From contig CAWCZV010000015.1 of NCBI GenBank assembly GCA_963800095.1, forward strand, positions 35,661-99,660: 64,000 nucleotides of DNA, written 5' to 3'. Below the pieces are notes generated by a model, which had not been told where the DNA came from, did no database searches, and saw nothing but the letters and a program-made list of their open reading frames with translations. This DNA is from an uncultured Acidobacteriota bacterium (lineage in GTDB: Bacteria > Acidobacteriota > Terriglobia > Acidiferrales > UBA7541). Positions 27,939 to 36,942 of the stretch are shown one piece after another (within the stretch, counting starts at the first letter, position 1; each line of letters opens with the position of its first letter). The position numbers and the translations under genes are program-made.

Positions 27939-28388
27939 TTACTTTTGGTCTGCCTTTTTAGCGCTGTTAAGGAGGGTATCCAAATCTGTTCCGATTTGCG
28001 CATTGGTGGCCCCAATCTCGACGCCTCCCTTGAAGTAGGCGCCCTCTTCAATCACGATCTTGGCGGTGCTCAGATCACCCTCGATGGAGGCGCTTTTCAC
28101 GATATCAATCCGGTCGCAGGCCCTGATATCCCCGGTAACTTGGCCGGAGATCATGGCTTCGCGGGCCACGATGTCCCCATTGACATGCGCGCCGGATCCC
28201 ACCGTAAGCCGAAAACCGCCTATGGAAACCAAGCCCTCAACCTTGCAGTCCAGCCTGAGGTCTTCGTTCCCTGAAATTTCCCCTCGAATGCGTAAACCAG
28301 GTCCCAGGTAGGAAGTCGTGCGCCCAATGGAACTCGGAGCACCAGGAGGTGCGTACGGCCCATGCTGCGTATCTTTGTTGGTCTGCAT
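27939..28388 (-). CDS. Bactofilin-family cytoskeletal protein
   Basis: The central region has repeated beta-helix turns (LRIRGEISGNEDLRLDCKVEGLVSIGGFRLTVGSGAHVNGDIVAREAMISGQVTGDIRACDRIDIVKSASIEGDLSTAKIVIEEGAYFKG), the typical bactofilin signature. Confidence 0.8.
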   Translation of the reverse strand: MQTNKDTQHGPYAPPGAPSSIGRTTSYLGPGLRIRGEISGNEDLRLDCKVEGLVSIGGFRLTVGSGAHVNGDIVAREAMISGQVTGDIRACDRIDIVKSASIEGDLSTAKIVIEEGAYFKGGVEIGATNAQIGTDLDTLLNSAKKADQK

Positions 28389-28549
28389 TATGCCTTCCCA
28401 AGTTTGAGTCAAGAACAAATCGTTATGAAAACCGTAACTCTAGCTTAGGCAGCTGATCGGACAGAGGCAAGGAAGGGTTTCTATCCGGTTGCCACTTCCG
28501 CACCCCTGCCTTAGCCACTTTCCGGTGTGAGGACCTCTCGGGACATGCA

Positions 28550-30067
28550 GTGCCATCGGGTGTATGCTTTTTCGGTGGTATGAATCCTCTTGATTATCCA
28601 TTGTGGCTGCGGGCGACGCACTTCTTCAACTTTCTTCTCCTGTCGCTTTTCGTTCGGAGCGGTCTCGAGATCTTGAGCGCGCATCCGAGACTCTACTGGA
28701 ACGATCACTGTACGCCGGGAAAAGAATGGCTAAAGTTTACAAAAAAACAGAGACCCAAGGACCGGCTTTGGACGGCGAGTGACGAGGAAAGTTCATTCCC
28801 CTCCGTGATCGCCTTGCCAGGCCATGAAAATCTCGGTCTCGGACGGCACTGGCACTTTCTCGCAGATTTCGCCTGGCTACTCACAGGTTTAACGTACGTC
28901 GTGATGCTGTTTGTCACACCGGAGTGGCGGCGTCTGATCCCGACTTCCTGGCAGATTGTGCCGGACGCATGCCACGCGCTGGTTACATATCTCAGCCTTC
29001 ATATTGTGGAAGCGCCGGGGGCGTATAACGCATTACAGCAGTTGAGCTACGCGGCCGTCATATTCTTGCTCGCACCGTTCAGCATCGCGACCGGGATAGC
29101 GATGTCCCCAGCGGTCGCCGCCCGTTTTCCGTGGTATATAAAACTCTTCCACGGACGGCAAGGCGCCAGGAGCCTCCATTTTTTGGGTCTTTGCACGTTC
29201 CTCGTATTCTTCATTGGACACGTCACGATTGTGGCTCTGCATGGTTTCCGGAAAGAGTTGGCGCTGATCGTCCTGGGAGAAACGCAAAGTCCGCATTTAA
29301 CGTGCGCTCTGGTGATCTGGCTGTCAGGGTTGACTGGTGTCGTAGCCATCCATATCGTGACAACCATATGTTCGCGCCGCCGGCCCCGATTTGTCCAGAG
29401 AGCCACCCAGTCGATCACTTACCCGTTGCGCAGAGTGCTTTTCGGCCATGAAATCTCTGAGCAGCATTATTCACATGCGGACATCTCGCCATACTTCTGG
29501 GTGAACGGCCGCCCACCGAAAGAGGAAAGTTACCTGGCAATGGCACGCGAACAGTTCGCAAATTACAGTCTGGAAATTGGCGGACTGGTTGAAAAGCAAC
29601 TTCGCCTGACTCTGCAAGACCTTCGCGCAATGCCGAAACAAACTCAAATCACCAAACACTGTTGTATCCAGGGCTGGTCAGGCGTCGCGGAATGGGGTGG
29701 TGTATCTCTGCGTCATATCGTTGGACTCTGCCGGCCGCTTCCGTCCGCGCGATACGTTGCCATCTACGCGTTCGATAATAAATCCACCTCAGAGCCGCAC
29801 GCGCAAGGACCAGGATATTTCTACGGCACGATCCGCTTGGAGCTGGCGGAAGATCCACAGACGATTCTTGCTTATGACATGAATGGCCAAGCATTGCCGA
29901 TTTTGCACGGAGCCCCGCTTCGACTTCGTGTGGAAACGCAGCTTGGATTCACTATGGTCAAGTACATCCGCGCGATTGAGTTTGTCGAGGATTACAAAAG
30001 TATTGGGCAAGGCCAAGGCGGTTGGCGAGAGGATTACCAGTATTTCAGCCAGGAGGCTGGGATCTGA
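28550..30067 (+). CDS. Fusion of a b-type cytochrome membrane domain with a molybdopterin-binding oxidoreductase domain (MsrQ-MsrP/YedZ-YedY-like architecture)
   Basis: The N-terminal ~270 aa has multiple TM helices with conserved His (THFFNF, GRHWHF, FFIGH). The C-terminal ~200 aa has ITKHCCIQGWSGVAEWGGVSL and APLRLRVETQLG, typical of the sulfite-oxidase-fold Mo domain. Confidence 0.65.
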   Translation: MPSGVCFFGGMNPLDYPLWLRATHFFNFLLLSLFVRSGLEILSAHPRLYWNDHCTPGKEWLKFTKKQRPKDRLWTASDEESSFPSVIALPGHENLGLGRHWHFLADFAWLLTGLTYVVMLFVTPEWRRLIPTSWQIVPDACHALVTYLSLHIVEAPGAYNALQQLSYAAVIFLLAPFSIATGIAMSPAVAARFPWYIKLFHGRQGARSLHFLGLCTFLVFFIGHVTIVALHGFRKELALIVLGETQSPHLTCALVIWLSGLTGVVAIHIVTTICSRRRPRFVQRATQSITYPLRRVLFGHEISEQHYSHADISPYFWVNGRPPKEESYLAMAREQFANYSLEIGGLVEKQLRLTLQDLRAMPKQTQITKHCCIQGWSGVAEWGGVSLRHIVGLCRPLPSARYVAIYAFDNKSTSEPHAQGPGYFYGTIRLELAEDPQTILAYDMNGQALPILHGAPLRLRVETQLGFTMVKYIRAIEFVEDYKSIGQGQGGWREDYQYFSQEAGI

Positions 30068-30404
30068 TTCAAGATATCCGGATTCAAATCCGACCCGAAG
30101 ATTGTTGAGACGATTCGCATTCTCCTTTCCCCTGAGAAACGGCCTTTTTGAGAAGTGCCCCGAAAGCAGTGCGGATCAGAGAGCCACATTCCTAGAAGCT
30201 TTACCCACACAGGAGCGGAAGAATCCATGCGAAGCGGCCTCACAGAAAATACAAGACACATCAGCCCAGTTTCTCACAAGAAGATTTATCTAGACTTGGT
30301 CCCGAGCGTCTTCCATGCGGACCAGTGCCGCTTTGAGGGAATGACCAACAATCAAGCTGATCGGAGGAGGGATGAGGTCTTTAGCCTTTCATGAGACTGA
30401 GGTA

Positions 30405-30902
30405 TCAGGGGACGGGCACCTCTATATAACGGAACGGTGTTTCCACATCCCTATACCAATGGATCGTGTCGGGGGGCATGATGAACACATCCCCTTTGCT
30501 GATCCGATGTGACTCGCCACCCTGGATGGGCTGCCCACCGAATTTGTCTGACGCGGTAGCTCTGGCTGTGCCGCCAACGACCATAGTCGCGGCCCCGCTC
30601 ACCACATACACGACGGCAGTATAGCCCGTATGGCCGCACCCCTCCGGTTTGCACGCAGCCTTCACGGATTCCCGACTGTGCGTGCTCACGGTATAGGTCC
30701 CTATGCTGGACGTGCGGCTCCAGAGAATGTCGCCGCCTCCATTGGAGAGTGCTTTGGCAAACGATGCGTCCAGTTTCTCGTGATCGAATACGGTCACAAC
30801 TCCGGAAGATGAATTTTCCTGTGCGCTTGTCCGGGCATGCCAGGCCGCACCGATCGCAATGACTGCCAAAGGTGTGAGGACAGTCTTTCGAACGTTCCAC
30901 AT
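30405..30902 (-). CDS. Secreted cupin-domain protein
   Basis: Has a signal peptide. GHTGYTAVVYVVSG...H..SKGDVFIMPPDTIHW resembles cupin motifs 1 and 2. Confidence 0.55.
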   Translation of the reverse strand: MWNVRKTVLTPLAVIAIGAAWHARTSAQENSSSGVVTVFDHEKLDASFAKALSNGGGDILWSRTSSIGTYTVSTHSRESVKAACKPEGCGHTGYTAVVYVVSGAATMVVGGTARATASDKFGGQPIQGGESHRISKGDVFIMPPDTIHWYRDVETPFRYIEVPVP

Positions 30903-31375
30903 AGTTTTCCTACCTCCATTGGTAATCCGTGCAGAAATTCGGCCCCGTCGTCACAGGATTGGACTGCAATCAGTGGCGGATTGTCAACTGACCCGGTTTG
31001 CCCCACGGGAGATTCAAGGCCGCCAATTTCGACGGCAATATGGGAACTGGATTTGACGCATTCGATGTGTGGACTTCGCAGGACTTGTCTCACTTGAGAA
31101 TCCAGAGGTGAATGAGGATCTATGCCATTTTCTGGCGTAGGCGAATGACTAATTTTGACTCAAATTCTGTATTTTGTGACATACATCACACCCGATCAAA
31201 ATCGAATACAAACCATAAAATGCCTGTAATGCGATGACGATAAGTGAGCTGCGAGGATTGTGCCGAAGCGGAAAGCATGCAGGTCGAAGTTGGCCTAGAA
31301 CGTGCTCCTATCCAACTAGAGTCAGAGTTCATTCCCACTTGCAAACAGTTTGCATCACAAACTAGAAGGAACACC

Positions 31376-31867
31376 TTGAAGTCCAACAGCAAAGAAAAGG
31401 GCTTTTCGTTAATTGAATTGTTGATCGTCGTCGCGATCATTTTGATCATCGCGGCAATCGCCATCCCGAACCTGCTGCGTTCCAAGATGGCGGCCAATGA
31501 GGCCTCTGCCGTCGCCTCCCTGCGCACGTATAACACATCGATCGTGGCTTACGAGACGACCTACAATACTGCCCCCACGACAAACCTTTCCGAACTGGGC
31601 CCGTCGACCACGCCGTCTTCCACTGCGGCAGACCTGGTTGACAACTTGCTTGGCATCGCCGCTCCGATCAAGAGCGGGTACGCGTTCACGTATACGGCGG
31701 GCGCGGCAGCTTCGAACGGCAGCGTCTCGACGTACTCGATTATCTCCAACCCGTCCACTCAAAACGTGACCGGTCAGCGGACGTTCTTCACGGACCAGAG
31801 TGGTGTGATTCGCCAGAGAACCGATGGCACCACCGCCGGTCCCACCGACACGCCGATCGGCGGCTAG
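31376..31867 (+). CDS. Prepilin-type N-terminal cleavage/methylation domain protein (type IV pilin-like), paralog B
   Basis: TTG 31376 aligns with the GTG start of paralog A and follows the same SD AGAAGGA. The product reads KG|FSLIELLIVVAIILIIAAIAIPNLL. The track start at 31244 is an over-extension. Confidence 0.8.
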   Translation: MKSNSKEKGFSLIELLIVVAIILIIAAIAIPNLLRSKMAANEASAVASLRTYNTSIVAYETTYNTAPTTNLSELGPSTTPSSTAADLVDNLLGIAAPIKSGYAFTYTAGAAASNGSVSTYSIISNPSTQNVTGQRTFFTDQSGVIRQRTDGTTAGPTDTPIGG

Positions 31868-31887
31868 TTCCTGGAAGCAGCTCAGTT

Positions 31888-31927
31888 GGGGGAGAAAGGC
31901 AAACGCCTTTCTCCCCCATTTGTTTTT
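31888..31927 (+). terminator. Rho-independent terminator of pilin-like paralog B
   Basis: GGGGGAGAAAGGC-AAAC-GCCTTTCTCCCCC is followed by ATTTGTTTTT. It differs from copy A by one compensated base pair (A-T to G-C). Confidence 0.8.
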
Positions 31928-32253
31928 CCAGTTGACATGCGGATCGCAGGCCCGGAATAAAATTGAGTGCTGCGCGACTGACTCGCGAAGGAGAGTATTG
32001 CGACGCCTCAGATCGACCAAGGGATCTGACCTGCCCTCGTTTCTACGCTGTGCTTATTTATTTCAGAATACGACTTACATTATGAGAATTTAGTGCGCGG
32101 AGGGTTAGACCTGATGTTTCCATTACTCGTCCGTTGTTCGTGAAAAATCCAACTAGGGTCGCCTCACTGTCCAGAGAAACGCATTATAAAAGGGCGCCCC
32201 TTTGAAGTAGGTTTTGATCTCTCGCATCAACGCCTACAGGAAGGAGCACCCTT

Positions 32254-33321
32254 ATGAATGATGCCAAGTATATTGGGCTGGATGTCCATCAAGCAACGAT
32301 TTCGGTGGCGGTTCTGGATTCTGTTGGCAACCTGGTGATGGAAGCGATCCTGGAAACAAAAGCCGAAACGATTCTCCAGTTTATTGGTGGTCTGCGCGGC
32401 AGTTTGCATGTGACCTTGGAAGAAGGAACCTGCGCAGCGTGGTTGCACGATCTCCTGAAGCCGCATGTGGCACAAGTGTTGGTGTGTGATCCGCGCAAGA
32501 ACGCACTCATCAAAGCCGGGAACAAGAGCGACCGCATCGATGCTCGGAAGCTTTCCGACCTGTTGTACCTGAACAAGCTCAACCCGGTCTATCACGGCGA
32601 AACAGGAATTCGCGCGCTCAGGGAAGTGGCCCGCAGCTACCTGGCTTTGACCCGCGATACCACACGAGTGATGAACCGCGTAAAAGCCCTTTATAGGAGT
32701 TGGGCGATTCCCTGCGCGGGACAGCGCGTGTACGCCCCACGCTATCGCTCGGAATGGCTCGCCAAGATCACCGAATCCGGCGTGCGTCGCCGTGCGGAGA
32801 TCTACTATCAGCAGTTGGACGCATTGCGGTCGTTGCGCGAGCAAGTACGGCGAGATCTGTTGGCCGAAGGCCGGAAACACAGCGCGATGAAATTGCTGCG
32901 CCAGATACCTTCGATTGGACCCATTCGAGCCGTTCTGTTGATTGCTCTGATGCAGACGCCGCATCGTTTTCGCACCAAGCGGCAACTGTGGGCCTACAGT
33001 GGTTTGGCATTGAAAACCTCCACGAGCGGGGAATACCGAATCGTGGAGGGCCGGCTGAAACGCTCCAGGAAATTCCTGGCCATTCGCGGGCTCAACGCCA
33101 ACCACAATCACGATCTGAAAAATATCTTCAAGGGAGCCGCGACCCGGGCCGCTGCCGTTCCCGGCCCGTTCCAGGAGTTCCACGCCGGTTTAGTAGCCCG
33201 AGGGATGAAGCCAACGATGGCGCGTCTCACTCTGGCGCGCAAGATCGCCGCCATCACTTTGCTCGTTTGGAAGAAAGGAGTTCGTTTCGACGCCGAATAT
33301 CTAAAGCAACAAGCAGCTTGA
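32254..33321 (+). CDS. IS110-family DEDD transposase/recombinase
   Basis: IGLDVH, LEEGT and NKSDRIDARKLSDLL form the N-terminal DEDD/RuvC-like domain. LRQIPSIGPIRAVLLIALMQTPHRFRTKRQLWAYSGLALKTSTSGE is the C-terminal Transposase_20-type domain. Element ends are not determinable by eye. Confidence 0.9.
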   Translation: MNDAKYIGLDVHQATISVAVLDSVGNLVMEAILETKAETILQFIGGLRGSLHVTLEEGTCAAWLHDLLKPHVAQVLVCDPRKNALIKAGNKSDRIDARKLSDLLYLNKLNPVYHGETGIRALREVARSYLALTRDTTRVMNRVKALYRSWAIPCAGQRVYAPRYRSEWLAKITESGVRRRAEIYYQQLDALRSLREQVRRDLLAEGRKHSAMKLLRQIPSIGPIRAVLLIALMQTPHRFRTKRQLWAYSGLALKTSTSGEYRIVEGRLKRSRKFLAIRGLNANHNHDLKNIFKGAATRAAAVPGPFQEFHAGLVARGMKPTMARLTLARKIAAITLLVWKKGVRFDAEYLKQQAA

Positions 33322-33463
33322 GCGTCTGGGGAGAGTCCATCCCTGGATTCATTTCGGGCGATGACCGGTAGGTCCTCCAGACGCTCTGGTTCGAGGGCGA
33401 GTATCCAGAATCCCGTTAGGCGTGTGCTTTGGGCACTAAGTCTTTCGAGAAACCCTATGCACC

Positions 33464-33535
33464 GAGTAGCCGGACGGGATTGCTCCCGTCCAGCCCTCTA
33501 AGAACTGTGCGTGAGAGTTTCCCCTCACACAGCTC
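33464..33535 (-). ncRNA. Group II intron ribozyme domains V and VI
   Basis: DV (33535-33502) is GAGCUGUGUGAGGGGAAACUCUCACGCACAGUUC, with the AGC triad, a 2-nt CG bulge and a GAAA tetraloop. DVI (33498-33464) is GAGGGCUGGACGGGA-GCAA-UCCCGUCCGGCU[A]CUC, with a bulged branch-point A at 33467. Confidence 0.85.
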
Positions 33536-35264
33536 AAGCCCTTCGAACGCCTCTTTCGGGGAGACGCGGTTTCGATACCTGAAGATTCTGGCGATGAGCC
33601 CTGTCGTGGCACTCCGGATGAAGTAGAACGCGGTTCTCGGCACTGTTGGAACCACCCAGCACCCGGGGGACGCAATGGTGAAGGCGCCAGCCCGTGACGC
33701 GGGTGATTTTCGTATTGCACACAGGGCAGAGTCCGTGTTGTTCATGCCAGAGATAGCGAAGTGTATGAGTACCCCGAAACGTGTCCAGCATGTGATCTCC
33801 TTCGCGTTTCTCAAAGTAGGTTTCATACGCGGGATCGTACGGGTTAGCCTCGCTTCTGACCTTGACGTGTCGTTTAATGGGGATGCGACTCGCGAGCAGC
33901 AACCGCACCTTAGTTGGTTGCCCCTGCTCATCACATGTTTCCCCGAAGAAGCACCAGTCACGGCCCCGATGCCGCTCAAAATATTTCCGTTTGAGCCAGC
34001 GTGGGTCTTTATTCGGGTGTCTTCTTCGGGCCCACTGCCACAGACAATAGAAGATTGCGCGATCAACGCGATGGAACGTGCGTTTGCTCGCCGCGTGCCG
34101 ATGATAATTTGCCCAACCCCTTATTTTGGGGTTGAGTTCCTTAATCAGATCGGCGGCAGACATTCCAAGCGTGGCTTTAATCGTTCTTCGGATTCCATCC
34201 AGGAGGGTCTTGATGTTTTTCTTGGATGGCTTGATGAGCAGTTTCCCATTGGGGTATCTGCGCACGTTTTGTCCGAGGAAATCGAAGCCATTCGTCACCT
34301 GCGTGATGAGCGTCTTCGTAGGGGAGAGTTCAAGCCCTCGTTCGTGCAGAAACTGCTCAACGAGAGGTTTGACTCCTTCCTCCAGTAATTCTTTCGATTT
34401 ACCGGTGATGACGAAATCATCCGCATAACGGATGAGATTTACAGAGGGATACTTACCTCCCAGAGACTTGAGGCGTGTTCCCGTTGGGTATTTTCCCTTC
34501 AGGAGTCGTTCAAGTCCGTCGAGCGCGCAGTTAGCGAGCACGGGGGAGATAATTCCACCCTGGGGAGTCCCGTCCGTCGTTTCGTGAAGGACGTGCTTTT
34601 CCATATAGCCCGATGTCAGCCATTTTCTTAGAATGGCTCTATCCATAGGAACGTGGTGTAAGAGCCAATCTTGGCTGATTTTATCGAAACAGCTTTTGAT
34701 GTCTCCCTCAAGGATCCACTGCGTGCTTGCGTGTCCCAGTGCGTTGAAACACTGGTCGATCGCATCGGCGCAGGACCGCTGTTGACGAAACCCATAAGAG
34801 TTTCGATCAGCTTTGGTCTCCACAACGGGGTCCAGGGCCAGCAAATGTAGTGCTTGCTGCCCTCGATCAATCATTGTGGGAATTCCGAGCGGGCGCATCG
34901 TTTTGCCGTCTGATTTCGGGATGTAGACACGTCGAAGAGGCCGAGGTTGATAGCCCCTATGCTTTAGTTCATGCACTGCCTTTATCTTCTTCTCCGGTGT
35001 GTCCCAGATTTCTCCGTCCACACCAGGGGTTTTCTTGCCAGTATTCTCCGTCACTCGTCGAACGGCGTGAACTTTGCCGCTATACGAGTGGGTCAGCAGT
35101 CGTTGCAAGGCTCGCACCTTGCCCCACCTGCCTTCCTTCGTCGCCTGCACGATACGCACTTGGAGTCGGCGAACGTTGCGATGGATGGTTTGCCAATCAA
35201 TGGCATACCATTCCGCCGCTTCGCTTGAGACCGCACCGACAGCTCGCACTGTCGTCATCTGCAT
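33534..35264 (-). CDS. Group II intron reverse transcriptase/maturase with C-terminal HNH endonuclease domain
   Basis: 576 aa. RT blocks include RYADDFVITG (YADD). A maturase X region follows, then CPVCN...HHCVPRVLGGSNSAENRVLLHPECHDRAH (HNH). The stop codon overlaps the first bases of domain V. Confidence 0.9.
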   Translation of the reverse strand: MQMTTVRAVGAVSSEAAEWYAIDWQTIHRNVRRLQVRIVQATKEGRWGKVRALQRLLTHSYSGKVHAVRRVTENTGKKTPGVDGEIWDTPEKKIKAVHELKHRGYQPRPLRRVYIPKSDGKTMRPLGIPTMIDRGQQALHLLALDPVVETKADRNSYGFRQQRSCADAIDQCFNALGHASTQWILEGDIKSCFDKISQDWLLHHVPMDRAILRKWLTSGYMEKHVLHETTDGTPQGGIISPVLANCALDGLERLLKGKYPTGTRLKSLGGKYPSVNLIRYADDFVITGKSKELLEEGVKPLVEQFLHERGLELSPTKTLITQVTNGFDFLGQNVRRYPNGKLLIKPSKKNIKTLLDGIRRTIKATLGMSAADLIKELNPKIRGWANYHRHAASKRTFHRVDRAIFYCLWQWARRRHPNKDPRWLKRKYFERHRGRDWCFFGETCDEQGQPTKVRLLLASRIPIKRHVKVRSEANPYDPAYETYFEKREGDHMLDTFRGTHTLRYLWHEQHGLCPVCNTKITRVTGWRLHHCVPRVLGGSNSAENRVLLHPECHDRAHRQNLQVSKPRLPERGVRRA

Positions 35265-36193
35265 TGCCTCCTAAGCCGATTAGTCAAGTTCTCTCGTGTA
35301 AAGGACCAAAGAGAAGTCAGCTCGCTTTCGCGTTCGGTAATGTTGTCCGTGTTGGGGACTCAACCGATATCCGCTCCATTACAGGGCGGCATTCGCTTTC
35401 TCTCTCATCTCCTACCCGCATCGCCGTCGATCGGCCTTGCGGCTTCACTTCCCCTTGCGGGGAGCGGTACGGGCTTATCCTGTTCCGTTGGAGTGACACG
35501 ATAGAGTAGGTGTTCTCTGTACGCCGACAGTGTTGTTCGCCCATGACGGAGGAGAGAGGAACCTCCGTGCCCACTGTAAGAGAAGCCTATAAGCATCTTC
35601 GGCTTCCTGTTATTGACGACGCTTACGAGAATTTGCATATTCTCACCGTGCTATCAACCCTGGGCCCTCACCGCCTTGATGCTGGCAGATGCACCGTCGC
35701 CTCGCGGTTCCGATGCCGATCTTTCGATCGCGGGATACGTTGTCAGAGCGCTTTAGACAGGTCGTTGCCTTCCTGCCAGAGCTCCTAGAGTACTCATCAT
35801 GGGAGATGAGGTCCGGTCGAGATCTATTTCGCCGGACAGTCACTTCAACAGCTTTCAGGTCGCAGCCCCTCGGACAACCAGAAAAAGCGATAGGCGAAAA
35901 GTCTCAGATAGAACCATGGTTGGCACTGTCCAGCCGGTCTGCTTGAGTGCGTCAGGAACTGAACGGCGTCGTTACGGCAGCACGATGAATCCGCGGAAAG
36001 GGAAAACTCACAGCGTCTCGTTACCTCACTGGGGCTGGACGGCAAACACCTTGTGTTTCGCCGTCGCGGGAGAGGCATTTGTCTTGACATCCCCTTTTAT
36101 AGAACGGTCTTCTCAGCGAGTGGCACGGAATCCCGTCGTGAGGTAGAAAGCCTTGCCATCCTGTCAGGCTCAACCAAGTCAGGCAAGGAAAAC

Positions 36194-36379
36194 CTATCGC
36201 GTCGGCAGTATTTGCCTGGGGTGACTCACAGGGCGGACAGGGGTGTGCTCCTGCTGGATCAATAGAGCGGCGCCTTGTGCCATCCTCTCCACCGCGTCCG
36301 AGCCGCAAACGCTACACCGGCCGTGGACGTCCAACTCAATTTGCGATATGCAGCTGACGCAGAACCATTGTTTCTTCAT
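36194..36379 (-). CDS. Possible small zinc-ribbon protein
   Basis: SD GGGAG lies 5 nt before ATG 36379. The product reads MKKQWFCVSCISQIELDVHGRCSVCGSDAV (CxxC...CxxC). It is short and has no homology support. Confidence 0.3.
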   Translation of the reverse strand: MKKQWFCVSCISQIELDVHGRCSVCGSDAVERMAQGAALLIQQEHTPVRPVSHPRQILPTR

Positions 36380-36942
36380 GGGCGCTCCCAATTGAACCTG
36401 ACCGTCGAGTAGGTGGCGTCAGTCCTCAATGCAATGCCGGGGCCAAGAGCGTGACATCAACCGCCTTTCTTGACGGCTTGTGTTCTGTAAGTGACAGGCA
36501 TGCCTGCCGAAAACGTTGGACTTAATCCTCGGCTCCCGTTGGGGTCCTGAATGCCGACTCAATCTCGCGCTGCCCCGGAACCGGAGACTGTAAATAGTTC
36601 CAATTCCGCCCATTTCTTACGTCTTGGCTGCCCTTTCCTGGTTGGTTCCTGCGACCACGGCGTGACCAAACGCGCCCACCCCCCGCTGGGCGACACGGGT
36701 ATCGGTGATCTTCGACGCAATCGCACCGCCATTCTCAATCTCATTACTCATTCAACTTAGGTATCGGCGCGATCGAAATTCCCTATAGTCTGTCCGGAAA
36801 AATGGTTTTATACTTTGGGCATCGACATTCTGTGTCGAGAAGGAGGTGATCCAGTGAGGTACGGTAAATCTTGATTGAGTTGTAGGGGAGGCGCTTGTGA
36901 ATCTGCCGGGTGCCTCTCTTTTTTTCTCCGCATGTTCTGCCA

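Larger units (their letters stand above)
33457..35983 (-). mobile_element. Group II intron (IIB-like, with an RT-maturase-HNH ORF in domain IV)
   Basis: Canonical domains V and VI lie immediately 3' of the ORF, and many GNRA-capped hairpins lie 5' of it. The 3' end is placed 7-10 nt after the bulged A at 33467. The 5' end is NOT resolved. The candidate GUGCU at 35983 is one of several between about 35925 and 36015. Confidence 0.6.

Noticed and set aside
30076-30100. A tRNA-like T-arm (CCGGATTCAAATCCGAC) near the end of the cytochrome b-Mo gene.
   Set aside because: Only a 4-bp stem with a 6-nt loop can form. There is no acceptor, D or anticodon arm around it. I found no convincing tRNA anywhere in the window.
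33534-35264. The reverse transcriptase might be part of a retron, DGR or another RT-based defence system.
   Set aside because: The ORF has maturase X and HNH domains. It is followed immediately by canonical group II intron domains V and VI and preceded by GNRA-rich ribozyme-like structure. No msr/msd-like repeats, template/variable repeat pair or effector gene is present.
36840-36880. A genuine 16S rRNA gene end on the minus strand.
   Set aside because: Only 15 nt match perfectly. The similarity decays within about 40 nt and needs a deletion. There is no rRNA-like sequence further upstream and no spacer tRNA downstream. I treated it as a mimic or relic (see findings).
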